Shown here piece after piece: positions 1 to 10,873 of a stretch of DNA of 64,000 nucleotides (position 1 is its first letter; each line of letters starts with the position of its first letter). The notes under the pieces were generated by a model. It made no database searches, was not told where the DNA came from, and saw nothing but the letters and a program-made list of their open reading frames with translations. Both the position numbers and the translations under genes were made by a program. Source of the DNA: Deltaproteobacteria bacterium (GTDB lineage: Bacteria > Myxococcota > Kuafuiibacteriia > Kuafuiibacteriales > Kuafuiibacteriaceae); the NCBI GenBank assembly GCA_040218735.1, contig JAVJQW010000063.1:1-64000 (forward strand), read 5' to 3'.

Positions 1-2
1 CT

Positions 3-200
3 GTGCTCATCACCACGAACCTCGCCTTCAGCGAGTGGCCCAAGGTCTTCGCCGACGACGAGAAGCTCACGACCGCGCTGCTCGACCGTCTCGCGCACCA
101 CGCCGAAGTGATCACCACAAAGGGAAAGAGCTTCAGGATGCGGAAACGGGCCAGCAAGGCCGGCGCCGATGACCCCACTGGCGCCGGGCGGCGGTCATGA
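3..200 (+). CDS. istB: IS21-family transposition helper ATPase IstB, C-terminal fragment (truncated by window edge)
   Basis: ITTNLAFSEW...TTALLDRLAHHAEVITTKGKSFR is the characteristic IstB C-terminal TxN...W...ALLDRLxHH...GxSY/FR signature. Confidence 0.92.
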   Translation: MLITTNLAFSEWPKVFADDEKLTTALLDRLAHHAEVITTKGKSFRMRKRASKAGADDPTGAGRRS

Positions 201-224
201 GCTAAAGAACGTCCAGACCAACTG

Positions 225-260
225 GGTGGGTCAGTTTTAGACCGTCCAGGTGGGTCAGTT
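225..260. repeat. Subterminal transposase-binding direct repeats of the IS21 right end
   Basis: GGTGGGTCAGTT at 225-236 and 249-260, 24-bp period. Confidence 0.8.
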
Positions 261-489
261 CCTGAGCGGCCGAATCAGGCCGCGCCGCGAGCGCGACATG
301 GGGAGCATGGCGAGTGCCGCCGGCGATCGAGCCGAGCCCACCGCCGACCTCCTGCCTACGTGGAGCGCGCCGCGCGGGCCGGCGGGGCACCCGTGTCGAG
401 CGATGGTTCCAAGGTGCGTCGGGCGTGTCATTCCCCCGCCTACGGCATTTCCAGGCGGGCCAGCTCCGCTAAGTGAACGGCACTATGGA

Positions 490-1110
490 CTAGAAGTGCA
501 CGCCGACCTGGGCCATGACCGACATGCGGTTGGTGGTGGGTGAGAGGCCGGTGAGCGTCTGCGTGAGGACGGCGTCGCTCGCGAGCGGCATGAGCTCGCC
601 GCGCAACCCGAGGGAGAAGGTCTCGTTGACGCGCGCCTGCACGCCGCCGGCGAGGACGACCAGGAGCTGGTGCGCGCCGCGGCGCTGCGTTCCGAGGTCG
701 GAGCGCGTCACGTACTCCTGCACGTAGCGCTGACCGATCCCGCCTTCGGCGAAGACGCGGATCTGCCTGTATACGGGGAGCACGAAGCGCTGAGCGGCGT
801 AAAGATCGAGGTCGCGGCGCTCGGCGCTGAATCCGGCGGTGCCGGCGCTCCCTTCGACGAAGCTGCTGCGGCTCGTCAGGTTGCCGAGGAGGTACCAGCG
901 GACGGGGAGCACCTTCAGCTTGAACGTGACGCCGGCGGTCACGCCGAACGAGAGGCCCAGATCCCCGCGATCGTAGGCCGCTTCGCTCATCCCGGTCTGC
1001 AGCTCGACGAGGTAGAAGGTGCCGTCCGCCCGCACTGGGCGGGGCGCCAGGACCGCCAACCCGAGCGTGACGGCGAGGCCGAGGAGGAGGGGACGCCAGC
1101 GTCGATCCAT
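490..1110 (-). CDS. Outer-membrane beta-barrel protein (small OmpA/OmpW-like barrel)
   Basis: Signal peptide ending VRA, alternating amphipathic strands, C-terminal QVGVHF (terminal Phe BAM signal), GGAGG RBS. Confidence 0.7.
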   Translation of the reverse strand: MDRRWRPLLLGLAVTLGLAVLAPRPVRADGTFYLVELQTGMSEAAYDRGDLGLSFGVTAGVTFKLKVLPVRWYLLGNLTSRSSFVEGSAGTAGFSAERRDLDLYAAQRFVLPVYRQIRVFAEGGIGQRYVQEYVTRSDLGTQRRGAHQLLVVLAGGVQARVNETFSLGLRGELMPLASDAVLTQTLTGLSPTTNRMSVMAQVGVHF

Positions 1111-1305
1111 GCCTCCGCGTCCCGCACAGAACGTACCAACGTGAGCGGGGCTACTGTCGTCGACGGAATGGCCTTAGGCTCTGGGGGGTTGGGATGATCG
1201 GAAAGGGCCGAGGGGTGCCCGACCGGTGTGCGGATCTCGCACGGTCCCCCCGAGGAACGCAAAAAGGCGTGGAAAGAACGACACACTCGGTTAGGTTCTC
1301 CGCCG

Positions 1306-1593
1306 ATGTCGAACGATCCGTATCGCCGCCAGCGCATCTTCTGGTTCATCACGATGAACCTGATGGCCATGGTCGTCGCGGGCGGCTTGTTCGCGTGGGT
1401 GCTGTACGGCGACAGCATGAACGCGTTCTTCGAGCCGCTGATGAACGGCATCTTCGAGTACAAGCTCGTCGTCGTGTTGATCGCGATGTCGCCGCTGCTC
1501 GCTTCGCTGCTGGTCGGGATGGCGTACGCACAGCGCGCGCTGCGACGAAAGAAGGCGCAGGCGGCCATGGGCGCCGCGCCGCGTCCCGCCTGA
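1306..1593 (+). CDS. Small hypothetical membrane protein (2 TM)
   Basis: ATG at 1306, two hydrophobic segments, basic C-tail, GC3-biased codons. Confidence 0.65.
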   Translation: MSNDPYRRQRIFWFITMNLMAMVVAGGLFAWVLYGDSMNAFFEPLMNGIFEYKLVVVLIAMSPLLASLLVGMAYAQRALRRKKAQAAMGAAPRPA

Positions 1594-3341
1594 TCCCGCA
1601 CGAACGGTGCGCGGGGCTCCTCGTCCTCGCCGCCGTCGTCTTCACCCCGCCCGCCGCATTCGCCCAACGCCCCGAGGCCGTCGCCGTCCGAACGCGACGT
1701 CACGCGCGTCCGCCGCTGCTCGATCCGTCCGGGATGCCGGCGTTGGTCGAAGCGCTCCCGGCGTCGACGCCGATGGTGTTGTTCGCGCCGCGGTTGTCGA
1801 CCGCGCTGTCCGATACGACGACGCTCCTCGTGTGGCTGTCGACCGTCGAGCCTTCACTCGCGGTGCGCGACCCGGCGGCGCCCGACGGTGACGACGCCAA
1901 ACCGACGACGCTCGATCTGGTGGCTTCGCTCTGGCGAAGTCCCGGCGGAGCGGTCGAAGCCGGCGCCGTACGCAGCTTCGACGACCTCGCGCGCATCGGC
2001 ATCGACGCCAACGCGCCGGTCGCGATCGTCCCCGACCGCGGCGGTGAAGTCGTCGTGGTGATCCTCGGCCTATCGAGCCGCAAACGCTTCGAGGCGTGGC
2101 TGTCTTCGGTCGAGGGCAAGGCGCGGACGCACGTGAAGATCGGCGGCGAGCGCGCCTCGGTGATCGCCGCGACGAGCGACGCTCCGGTGGTGTGTCTCGC
2201 GCGACAGAAGCACGTCTACTGTCAGGTGGGGCGCGTCGACCCGCGCACGCCCGTCGATCCACTGAAACGATTGCTCGAGTTCGACGGTCCGACGATCGGC
2301 AAGTCGAAGCCGCGCATGGACGCGTTCTCCGCGCTCCCCGAAGGCGCCCACTTCTACGCGACGGTGTGGCCGAAGGGGCTCGTCGGGGTCATCGGCGATC
2401 GGCAGACCGATCACGCGAAGGCCGAAGCACGTTTCCTCGACAAGGCGGCCGCGCAAGAACACTTGCGGCGCGCGCGCATCGACCGGACGCGAATGGAGTA
2501 CTACGCGACGTACGTCCCGGGGGCGGCGGCGGGCCTGTACCCAGACGACGACGGCGTTCGCCTGGAGACGCAGCTCGTCCTGAACGCGGAGGGTCGTCGG
2601 CTGCTCGCGCACGCGGTGCCGAACGGTGCGCCCGACTCGATGATCGCGCGCTGGGCGCGCACGCCTTCGCTGTTCAGCCTGCTCGTCCGCACGCACCCCG
2701 ACATGCTGCGCGCGTTGGCGAGCGAAGAGGGCGTCGAGCTCCCGGCGGGTTCGATGACCGGTACGTTTGCGATGATGACGCTCGGGGTCGACGCCGAGTG
2801 CCCGTCCGCGCGACACCGCGAGAAGATTCGTCCGCACCGCTGGGCGTTCCTGCTCCCGAGCGCGGCCGCGGTCGGTGTCGTCTCTTCCGAGCACGCGAAC
2901 CACGTCCACACGGCGCTCGGTCGCGAGCTGAAGATCGCGCCGCGCAAGAAGGACACCCGAGCGCCGGATCGCCCGGCGCTGACGGGGCGCGCGTGGGGTA
3001 GCCCGTTCCACGTCGAGGTGCTCGACGACATGGTCCTCGTCGGTACCGGCCGCGGGAGTGGCGCCGCGGCGCTTCGTCGTCTCGGCGCGTTGCCGCCGCC
3101 GTCCCCGCGCACCAAGGAGGCCGCGCCGTTCCTCGAGATGCGCGTGGACCTACGTGCGGTCGACGCTGCATTTGCCGCGGGGGCGTTCAGCCCCGACGAA
3201 CACCGCACGGAGCTGCTCGCGCTGGAGGCGCTGCGGCTCCAGATGAAGCCGCTGCTGTCGACGGTGAACCGCGTGTCGCTCGAAGCGCGCAAACATGACG
3301 ACGGTCAGCGCGTCTCCTTCTCCGCACAGCTCGGACGTTAG
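1590..3341 (+). CDS. Hypothetical exported protein (start approximate)
   Basis: 3' part of ORF 1194..3341; signal-peptide-like GLLVLAAVVFTPPAAFA follows directly after the upstream stop; coding-type codon bias; no canonical start identified. Confidence 0.6.
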   Translation: MIPHERCAGLLVLAAVVFTPPAAFAQRPEAVAVRTRRHARPPLLDPSGMPALVEALPASTPMVLFAPRLSTALSDTTTLLVWLSTVEPSLAVRDPAAPDGDDAKPTTLDLVASLWRSPGGAVEAGAVRSFDDLARIGIDANAPVAIVPDRGGEVVVVILGLSSRKRFEAWLSSVEGKARTHVKIGGERASVIAATSDAPVVCLARQKHVYCQVGRVDPRTPVDPLKRLLEFDGPTIGKSKPRMDAFSALPEGAHFYATVWPKGLVGVIGDRQTDHAKAEARFLDKAAAQEHLRRARIDRTRMEYYATYVPGAAAGLYPDDDGVRLETQLVLNAEGRRLLAHAVPNGAPDSMIARWARTPSLFSLLVRTHPDMLRALASEEGVELPAGSMTGTFAMMTLGVDAECPSARHREKIRPHRWAFLLPSAAAVGVVSSEHANHVHTALGRELKIAPRKKDTRAPDRPALTGRAWGSPFHVEVLDDMVLVGTGRGSGAAALRRLGALPPPSPRTKEAAPFLEMRVDLRAVDAAFAAGAFSPDEHRTELLALEALRLQMKPLLSTVNRVSLEARKHDDGQRVSFSAQLGR

Positions 3342-3347
3342 GCGGGC

Positions 3348-3362
3348 GCCCGCTTCGCGGGC
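3348..3362. terminator. GC-rich hairpin between convergent genes (possible terminator)
   Basis: GCCCGC-TTC-GCGGGC just after the stop at 3341; no U-tract. Confidence 0.3.
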
Positions 3363-3406
3363 CCCCTGGGCACAGCCGTCAGACCGACCGCTCCGCGCTC
3401 GGCTCC

Positions 3407-4096
3407 CTAGAACCGCGTCTCCTGGTACACGGCGGCGCCCGCGAGGCCGGCGGCCACGACGCCGCCGACGATGACCCACCACGGGACCGGCGAGTCGTCG
3501 AGCACGCGGCGCTGCGGCGCTGCGGGTGGGGCGTTCTCCATGACGTTGGCGGTGAGCCGTTCGGGATCGGGTGCGCTCGGGACGGCGCCTTCCTTCGAGC
3601 TCACGAGTGTCGACCGCACGAGGCGGAGCGGAGTGCCGAAGCGCGTGCTGATCGCGTCGACGAAGATTCGCCGTTGGTCGAGCGGATCGACGAGATATTC
3701 GAAGCGGCCGTCGGCGCCGTCCTCCAGGCGCGACAGTCGCACGACGCCGCCGCCCTCCAGCTCGAGCCAGACGTCGACCCGATCCACGACGTCCGTGGGA
3801 TCGGAGAGGCCGACGCGCACTCGGGATCCGGCGCGCGACGCGTAGACCTGGAGGCGCCCTTCGGCGCGCGCGCGGGCGACCGCGTCGGCGGCGAGGGTGG
3901 CGAGTCGGTCCCCTTCGGGGAGCGCATCGCGGGCCGCCAGGGTCGCCCACGTGGCGAGCGCGCGTTTCGAGACACCTTCGTCCCCGGTCGAGAGCGCCTC
4001 CGCGGCGGTGCTCAACAGGAACGCATCTATCTGATCTCGTTCGACTTTTGGCTCGGGCGCGGCGGCCACGACCAGCGCCATACACACCGCCAGCAC
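3407..4096 (-). CDS. Hypothetical exported protein with C-terminal membrane anchor
   Basis: N-terminal hydrophobic signal; Pro-rich linker then PWWVIVGGVVAAGLAGAAVY TM segment. Confidence 0.65.
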   Translation of the reverse strand: MLAVCMALVVAAAPEPKVERDQIDAFLLSTAAEALSTGDEGVSKRALATWATLAARDALPEGDRLATLAADAVARARAEGRLQVYASRAGSRVRVGLSDPTDVVDRVDVWLELEGGGVVRLSRLEDGADGRFEYLVDPLDQRRIFVDAISTRFGTPLRLVRSTLVSSKEGAVPSAPDPERLTANVMENAPPAAPQRRVLDDSPVPWWVIVGGVVAAGLAGAAVYQETRF

Positions 4097-4194
4097 ACGC
4101 GTAATCTACGCGCCTCCGCCTCTTCGCCCAAGGCCCCCGCCCATTATCTTGTGAAGAATTCCGATGTGTTGGAAAACGCGGGGACCTAAGCGGC

Positions 4195-7100
4195 ATGCCG
4201 GAACGGCTGACAGAGAGTTTGGTTCGGCGCGGGTGGCTCACCAAGCGGCGCGCGGATGAAGCCCACGAACGACAGGTGCTGATGGGCGACGCCCTCGACA
4301 CCTCGTTGCTCGAGCTGGGGTACGTGGACGAGCGGCAGCTCCTCGACGCGATGGCCGCGGCGTACGGTCACGCGACGGCGAGCCCGCGCCAGGCCGTCGC
4401 GCCGCGCGACGAAGGCGCGCTGCGATCGTTCCCCGCGCAGTGGGCGAAGAAACACCTCCTCGCGCCGGTCGCGCTCGACCCCGACACCAACGCGCTCACC
4501 GTGCTCAGCCCCGCGCCGGCGGACGTGAACCTGATCGTTCGCCTCGGTGACTTGCTCGACCTGGAGATCCGCCCGCTGCTGGCGCCGGAGTTCCGCGTCC
4601 ACCAGCGCGTGCAGTTCCTGTACGGCATCGACGCGCCCGAGCGATTCGCCGCGCTGATCGCGGAGCACGACGTCGAGGCGACGTCGCTCCCGCCGTCCGA
4701 GGCGGCGACCGTCACGAGCGTGAAGCCGTACACGCCGCCCGCGCGTGCGAGCTCGGGGGTGAAGGCGGAGACGCTGTCGTTCGGCGAGGCCGTCTCGCGG
4801 CTGCGCGACGCCGACGACCGCGACGAGATCGTGCGCGCCACGCTGCTGTACGCGATCCGCGACCTCGAGCACGCGTCGGTGTTCATCAATCACGAGGATC
4901 ACCTGGAGGGCTGGCTCGGCTATGGGCCGGGCGGCGACCACGTGCCGCAGCTGCGCGTCGACCTCGGCGCGGAGTCGGCGTTCCGGGTCGTGCTCGACAC
5001 GCGGGCGCACTACCTCGGACCGCTCCCCGACGACGCCTCGCACGCGGCGTTCCTCGAAAAGCTCGGGCGGCCGCATCCGCGCGCCGTGCTGATCGTCCCG
5101 ATCCGGATCAAGAACCGCACGGTGGCGTTGCTGTACGGCGAGAACGGCGCCGACCCGATTGCGCCGCGCATCGCGGCGGACCTGATGCTGTTCACGACGC
5201 ACGTGCAGATGGCGCTCGCGGAGCTGCTCGTGCGGCGCAAGGCGGACAGCCTCTCCGAGCTGCCGGCGGATCAGACGCCGCCGCCCGTCGTCGAGTCGCA
5301 CCCGGAGCCGGTCCGGGGCCCGCCGACGTTGGAGATGCCGCTCGTGTCGCCGCCGTCGCCGGACGATTCCCTCGACGACATCGAGGTGGTGGAGGTCGAC
5401 GAGCCGACGATCGAAGCGCCGGCCGTTGAGGGCGAGGTCGAGGACGAGGTGGAGTCGCCGACGATCCAGACCAAGGCGGTGTCGGTGCCCGAGGTCGACG
5501 AGCCGGAGGTTGCGAGCGACGAGCCGGAGGAGCCGCCGCGGATCGAGGACGACTGGGCCGTCGCGACAGGCGCGCCAACGAACGGAGCGGCGGGTGCGGC
5601 GCAGTTCGCGCCGCCGGCGCCGAGCGAGCCCTTGGTGGCGCCTCCGTTGCCCGATCCGGTCGACGCGATCACGATCGACGAGGCCCCGTCCGACGACGGG
5701 ACCGCGAACATCCACACCGAGGATGTGGTGTTGGAGTCCGACGTCGCGGCGGCGTTCGCGCCGCCGGTGGATCTCGAGGCGGCGCAGGCGGAGGCGTGGG
5801 AGCAGGTCGATACGTCCGGCTTGGACGCGTTGGGCGCCGAGCTCGACGAGACGATCGCGGCGGCGCAAGCCTCCTTGCCGGACGATCCGATCCGCGCCGA
5901 CGAGCTGCTCGATCCGGACGACGGCGCGATGTTCGTGAACCGCGTCGACACCGGGAGCCTGCTCGAGGAGCTCGACGAGCTGGAGGAACAGCTGTCGAAT
6001 GTGCCGGCGCCGACCGACACGGGGGAGCCGGCCCCGACGGTGCCGATCCACAACCTCGCGCAGATCGAAGCGAACAGCGCGGTCGAGTCGGCGGCGCCGA
6101 TCCCTTCGATCTCCACGGAGGACGACGGTTGGGATTCGGTGGACATCGACACCTCGTGGGACTCCGACGCCGAGCCGGCGGCGCCGCGTCCGCAGGCTGC
6201 CTTGCGGTCGTCCCTGGTGGAGGACGCGACGGTGCCGGACCTCTCGGCAGAGGCGTGGTTGCGGGCTTCGTCGGAGACGACGCGCGCGCGTCCGTTGCCG
6301 CCGGAGGTGATGGAGCGGGCGGCGATGCCGGATGCACCCGAGCCGGTGCCGCTCACGCGAATCACCGTGGGGCAGCGTGAGGTCCCGGCGGAGATCGTCG
6401 AGGTCAACCGTGCGGACGACCACCGACGTGACGACGACATGGAGCCGGTGCCGTTGACGCAGCTGGCTTCGGATCGGTTGTCGGTGATGGAGATCTCCGA
6501 GGAGGTCTCGCTCGTTTCGGACGAGGAGCCGGTGCCGCTGACGAAGCTGTCGACGGGGTCGACGATCCCGGCGACGCCGAACCCGTTTGCGTACGACGAG
6601 GATGTCGATCTCCGGCCAGACCACGTCGTGGATCCGCAGGGGCGGTTGGTGCCGCTCGCCGAGTCGTCGCCGCCGATCGCGCCGGTGGTGGATCCGACGA
6701 AGGCGGTCGTGACGCCGCAGGCGGCGGAGCTGGAGAAACACCTCGCCTCGCTGGAGAGCGAGGACGAGTCCGTGCGGCTCGACGCGGTCGACCACATCAT
6801 GCGGGCGGGGCCGGATGCATTGCCGAAGCTCGGGGAGATCTTCCCGGGGCCGCTGATGGTGGATCCGTTTGCGCCCGACGCGGGGGCGCTACCGCCGTTC
6901 GCGAAGTGTGGGCCGTTGCTCTCGATTCTGGAGCGTCACGGGCGGGACGCGCACGTGTACGTGAACCGGAAGCTCGAGGCGCCCGACCCGGCGACGCGGT
7001 TCTTTGCGATCTACTTCTACGGTGCGGTGTACGTGCCGGAGGCGATACCGCGGTTGATCCAGCGGCTGCACGACGAGGAGTCGCGCGTTTGCATGCTGGG

Positions 7101-7566
7101 GGCGCGCACGTTGTTCGCGTACCGGGAGCATCCCGACTTTGCGCAGGTGTTGGACCACCTGCACGGGCGTCTTTCGGCGTCGTCGGTGGCGGCGCGTCGG
7201 CACGCGGCGTATCTGATCGGGTTGTTCCGAGACGTCACGGCGATCCCGGAGTTGATCGAGATCCTGGATCAGAAGGATCGCACGATGTCCGAGGTCGCGG
7301 AGGACGCGCTGGCGGAGATCACGAAGCAGCGATTCTCCGGGAGCGCCAAGAAGTGGCGTGCCTGGTGGTCGAAGAACGAGTCGAAGAACCGCATCGAGTG
7401 GCTGATCGAGGGGCTCGGCGCGAAGGAGGCGACGCTCCGTCGGAGCGCTGCGGAGGAGCTGCGCGCGGTGACGGGGCTCGACATGGGCTTCGACGAAGAG
7501 GGTCCGAAGCGCGCGCGTGAAGAGGCGAAGCAGCGCTGGACGCGCTGGTGGGCCGAGCAGCAGTAG
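4195..7566 (+). CDS. FrgA-like protein: degenerate MshEN/GspE-N domain, GAF-like domain, long acidic Pro-rich linker, C-terminal HEAT repeats
   Basis: N-terminal RLTESLVRRGWL...ALDTSLLELGYVDERQL, AKKHLLAPV (T2SSE_N-like); VLIVPIRIKNRTVALLYG (GAF-like); RRHAAYLIG/AIPELIEIL/AEDALAEIT HEAT repeats. Confidence 0.7.
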   Translation: MPERLTESLVRRGWLTKRRADEAHERQVLMGDALDTSLLELGYVDERQLLDAMAAAYGHATASPRQAVAPRDEGALRSFPAQWAKKHLLAPVALDPDTNALTVLSPAPADVNLIVRLGDLLDLEIRPLLAPEFRVHQRVQFLYGIDAPERFAALIAEHDVEATSLPPSEAATVTSVKPYTPPARASSGVKAETLSFGEAVSRLRDADDRDEIVRATLLYAIRDLEHASVFINHEDHLEGWLGYGPGGDHVPQLRVDLGAESAFRVVLDTRAHYLGPLPDDASHAAFLEKLGRPHPRAVLIVPIRIKNRTVALLYGENGADPIAPRIAADLMLFTTHVQMALAELLVRRKADSLSELPADQTPPPVVESHPEPVRGPPTLEMPLVSPPSPDDSLDDIEVVEVDEPTIEAPAVEGEVEDEVESPTIQTKAVSVPEVDEPEVASDEPEEPPRIEDDWAVATGAPTNGAAGAAQFAPPAPSEPLVAPPLPDPVDAITIDEAPSDDGTANIHTEDVVLESDVAAAFAPPVDLEAAQAEAWEQVDTSGLDALGAELDETIAAAQASLPDDPIRADELLDPDDGAMFVNRVDTGSLLEELDELEEQLSNVPAPTDTGEPAPTVPIHNLAQIEANSAVESAAPIPSISTEDDGWDSVDIDTSWDSDAEPAAPRPQAALRSSLVEDATVPDLSAEAWLRASSETTRARPLPPEVMERAAMPDAPEPVPLTRITVGQREVPAEIVEVNRADDHRRDDDMEPVPLTQLASDRLSVMEISEEVSLVSDEEPVPLTKLSTGSTIPATPNPFAYDEDVDLRPDHVVDPQGRLVPLAESSPPIAPVVDPTKAVVTPQAAELEKHLASLESEDESVRLDAVDHIMRAGPDALPKLGEIFPGPLMVDPFAPDAGALPPFAKCGPLLSILERHGRDAHVYVNRKLEAPDPATRFFAIYFYGAVYVPEAIPRLIQRLHDEESRVCMLGARTLFAYREHPDFAQVLDHLHGRLSASSVAARRHAAYLIGLFRDVTAIPELIEILDQKDRTMSEVAEDALAEITKQRFSGSAKKWRAWWSKNESKNRIEWLIEGLGAKEATLRRSAAEELRAVTGLDMGFDEEGPKRAREEAKQRWTRWWAEQQ

Positions 7567-7578
7567 CCGGCTGCGCGG

Positions 7579-8586
7579 CTACTTTCCGAGGGCCTGGCGG
7601 GCCTTCTTCAGCAGGTCGCTGGCGTCGAGCTCCTTCGCGAGGTTCGGCCAGGCCGCCGAGCCGACCTTCTTGAACTCGTCGTACTTGGCGTCGGGGATCG
7701 GGACGTCCTTCAGGCCGCCGCCGGCGCCGACGAGGCGCTGCCGGGCCGCTTGGTTGTCCTTGCGGGCCTGCGTGATGATCTTCTCGCCGTACTTCGTGAC
7801 GACCTGCTTCACGACGGGCCGAAGGTCCGCGGGGATCTTCTTCCACGCCTTCTTCGTGAGCACGAAGCCGCCCGACGCGTAGGCGAAGTTGCGGCCGCTG
7901 ATGTACTTCAGATCGCCGGTCCAGCCGAGCGCGACGGCGCCGGCCGGGCTGTTGTACACGGTGTCGATGCCGCCGGACTTGAGCTGCTGGACGACGGTCA
8001 GGATGTCGAGCGGGCGGGGGGTGACGCCGAAGACCTTGAAGGTGTCGGAGGCGACCTTGTCGCCCTCCCAGACCCAGAGCTTCGCGGCCTTCAGCTCGTC
8101 GACGCCGGTGATCGGCGACTTGCTGAAGACGTAGACCTGGCCGGTCTCGCCGGGGCCGACGAGGACGTACTCGGTGTTCTTCTCGAAGGACTGCTCGAAG
8201 TCGGACCAGAGCGCCTTTCGGACCTTGTCGGCTTCGTCGTAGGACTCGATGAGGAAGGGGAGCTCCTGGACGCGGAACGCCGGGAGGAGGAGGCCCATCC
8301 CCTGACCGGTGAAGAAGGCGCCGTCGAGGCCGCGGCCGAGCTTCTTGGAGACCTTGGCCTCGTCGCCGAGCTTTCCGCCGAGGAAGAGCTTGAACTTCAC
8401 TTTGCCCTTGGTGGCCTTGTCGACCTCGGACGCGAGCTCCTGGATGAGCTTGCCCCAGGCGGACTCGGAGGGGGCGAGCGACGCCAGGCGGAACGTCTTG
8501 GCCTCGGCCACCTTCGGGAAGGCGAGGGCGAGGCCGAGGGCCGCCGCGAGGGCGAGGTGGGCACGGGAGAGCTTGGGCTCGATCAC
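7579..8586 (-). CDS. dctP: TRAP transporter substrate-binding protein DctP (TPAT-type)
   Basis: Signal peptide then FRLASLAPSESAW, GGKLGDE, VQELPFL, LKSGGIDTV; GTG start at 8586 chosen. Confidence 0.88.
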   Translation of the reverse strand: MIEPKLSRAHLALAAALGLALAFPKVAEAKTFRLASLAPSESAWGKLIQELASEVDKATKGKVKFKLFLGGKLGDEAKVSKKLGRGLDGAFFTGQGMGLLLPAFRVQELPFLIESYDEADKVRKALWSDFEQSFEKNTEYVLVGPGETGQVYVFSKSPITGVDELKAAKLWVWEGDKVASDTFKVFGVTPRPLDILTVVQQLKSGGIDTVYNSPAGAVALGWTGDLKYISGRNFAYASGGFVLTKKAWKKIPADLRPVVKQVVTKYGEKIITQARKDNQAARQRLVGAGGGLKDVPIPDAKYDEFKKVGSAAWPNLAKELDASDLLKKARQALGK

Positions 8587-8651
8587 GGCGGCGGAGACTA
8601 CTGCTCGCCGGCTGCGTGCGGCAAGGGAAGGTCGGGCGATGCGCGGGGTCG

Positions 8652-10862
8652 TCACGCCGGATTGGACGTCCCCGTGGGTCGGAACATTCGCACAGAAGTG
8701 TCGGGGACGGCTTCGGGCGGCTCTCGGGCGATCGCTTCGAGCGTCTCCCGCAATCGTTCGACCTGGATCGGCTTGACCAGGTGATCGTCCATGCCGGCCG
8801 CCAGGCACTGCTCGCGGTGCCCGTCCATCGCGTGCGCGGTGAGGGCGATGATCGGTGTGCGCCGGCCCGTGAGCTCCCGCGCTCGAATCGTCCTCGTTGC
8901 CTCGAAGCCGTCCATCTGCGGCATCTGGATGTCCATCAACACGACGTCCCAGCGACGGCTCTCGTACGCCGCGACCGCCTCGAGGCCGTCGCTCACCACG
9001 CGGACTCGGTGCCCCATGCGCTCCAAGAGGCGCTGCACGATCCGCTGGTTGACGAGGTTGTCGTCCGCCACGAGCACGTCGAGCGCGCGGGCGGGCGCCG
9101 CCTCGGCGTGCGGAGCGAGCGCCGACGCCTCGGGTGTGCCTCGCCCGTCGAGGATGTCCACGAGCTCGCCGCGGAAGGTGGGGGGCACCAGCCGAGTCGT
9201 GGTGCTCGCGCCCTTGGTCAACGAGCGCGCGAAGCGAATGAACCGCACGTGTGAGGGCACGCCCTCCGGCTCATCGGGCGCCACGAGGATGGCGTCGGAG
9301 GGCGCATCGCGGAGCTGCTCGTCCACTCCGTCTTCGTCGTGTGCGATGTGGACCGGTACACCGAGCGCGCCGAAGTGCGCGCCGAGGTTGTCAGCGACAT
9401 CGTCGCGCACGCCGTGGATGATGACCCGCGACGGGACGCGTTGCGGCGTGGGGTCCTCGCCGACGGGCGTGAGGCGCGCGACGAGCGTGAACGTGCTCCC
9501 GACGCCGACCTCACTGCGCGCCGTGATGCTCCCGTCCATCAGCACGGCGAGTCGGCGGGAGATCGCGAGGCCCAGCCCGGTGCCGCCGTACTTTCGCGTC
9601 GTCGACGGGTCGGCCTGTGTGAAGACCTCGAAAATCGACTCCAAGTGATCGGCGTCGATCCCGATGCCGGTGTCCTCGACGTCGAACCGCAGGTGGTCGT
9701 CGTCGGCGCGGCTCACGCGGACGATGACGCTCCCGGCCTCGGTGAACTTGAGCGCGTTGCCGGCGAGGTTGGTGATGATTTGCCGGAGGCGAACCGGATC
9801 TCCGGTCACGACGCGGGGCACGTCGGGGGTGACGAGGCACCCGACGAACACATCCGTGTTGCGGGCGCGGATCGCGGTGGGGGTCAGCGCGTCGCGGAGA
9901 CACCGCGCGAGGTCGAACTCGGTTTGTTCGACCTCGAGGCGATCGGCTTCGATCTTCGAGATGTCGAGGATGTCGTTGATGAGGTCGAGGAGGCTGAGCG
10001 CGCTCCGGTGTGCGGTCGCGACGAACTCACGCTGCTCGCCTTCGATCGGGCCGTCCAGCACGAGCCTGGACATCCCGATGATCCCGTTGAGCGGCGTCCG
10101 GATCTCGTGGCTCATGTTGGCGAGGAACAGCGACTTCGACGCGGACGCCGCCATCGCCTCCTCTCGCGCCCGCACGAGCGAGTCCGCGCGATCGCGGAGG
10201 GCGGCGGTCATCTGGTTGAGGTGGACGGTGAGGTCGCCGAGCTCACCGGGCGCATCCTCGCGGAGCAATCGTAGCTCGTCGCCGCCGACGACGGCCTGAC
10301 AGTAGGCGATGATCGCGTGGATGGGGGCGACGAACGCGCGACTGAACCGAACGCTGAGGACGAGCGCGATCAGCACGATGACCGCGATGGCGAGCGCGAG
10401 GCCGGAGAGGACCGCCTGGAGTGCATCGACGTGCTCCGTCGAGTAACCCACGATTATCTTGCCGAGTGATGCCCCCTCGATCTCGATCGGTGCCCAGGCT
10501 GCGTACACGCCCGGGAGGCGTCGCGCGCGATGGGGGGGCCCCGCGACGAGCGTGGCGACGTCGAGGTCGACCCCGCGTGCGGAGAACAGCGTCTGCTCGT
10601 TCGCGTCGCGGATCTCCACGAACGTTAGGCCATGGTGCCGGCCCACGGTCAGACTCTCCAGCGCCGCGGTGTCCTGGGTTGCGACGTAGATGTCGGCCTC
10701 GTCCGCTACGGCTGAGAGCGTGGCTTCGGACTGATCGGCGACGGCGCGGAACAAGACGGGCGCGACGTACATCCGAGTAAAGACGGCGAAGCCCACGAGG
10801 AGCGAGCCGAGGACTGCGAGGAGGGCCGCGCAGAACAATGCTAGTCGAGTGCCGAGACGCAC
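8652..10862 (-). CDS. Membrane-bound hybrid sensor histidine kinase (TM-periplasmic-TM-HAMP-HisKA-HATPase-REC)
   Basis: [53 protein letters not shown] receiver; GTG start at 10862. Confidence 0.95.
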   Translation of the reverse strand: MRLGTRLALFCAALLAVLGSLLVGFAVFTRMYVAPVLFRAVADQSEATLSAVADEADIYVATQDTAALESLTVGRHHGLTFVEIRDANEQTLFSARGVDLDVATLVAGPPHRARRLPGVYAAWAPIEIEGASLGKIIVGYSTEHVDALQAVLSGLALAIAVIVLIALVLSVRFSRAFVAPIHAIIAYCQAVVGGDELRLLREDAPGELGDLTVHLNQMTAALRDRADSLVRAREEAMAASASKSLFLANMSHEIRTPLNGIIGMSRLVLDGPIEGEQREFVATAHRSALSLLDLINDILDISKIEADRLEVEQTEFDLARCLRDALTPTAIRARNTDVFVGCLVTPDVPRVVTGDPVRLRQIITNLAGNALKFTEAGSVIVRVSRADDDHLRFDVEDTGIGIDADHLESIFEVFTQADPSTTRKYGGTGLGLAISRRLAVLMDGSITARSEVGVGSTFTLVARLTPVGEDPTPQRVPSRVIIHGVRDDVADNLGAHFGALGVPVHIAHDEDGVDEQLRDAPSDAILVAPDEPEGVPSHVRFIRFARSLTKGASTTTRLVPPTFRGELVDILDGRGTPEASALAPHAEAAPARALDVLVADDNLVNQRIVQRLLERMGHRVRVVSDGLEAVAAYESRRWDVVLMDIQMPQMDGFEATRTIRARELTGRRTPIIALTAHAMDGHREQCLAAGMDDHLVKPIQVERLRETLEAIAREPPEAVPDTSVRMFRPTGTSNPA

Positions 10863-10873
10863 GTCGGTCGTGT

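Larger units (their letters stand above)
1..277 (+). mobile_element. Right end of an IS21-family insertion sequence
   Basis: istB tail followed by two GGTGGGTCAGTT direct repeats and a terminal CA at 276-277 (minus strand reads TGATTCGGCCGCTCAGGAACTGACCCACC), the multi-repeat end typical of IS21 elements. Confidence 0.8.

Noticed and set aside
4186-6800. Long minus-strand ORFs (869 aa and 509 aa)
   Set aside because: Shadows of the FrgA-like gene; no domain motifs
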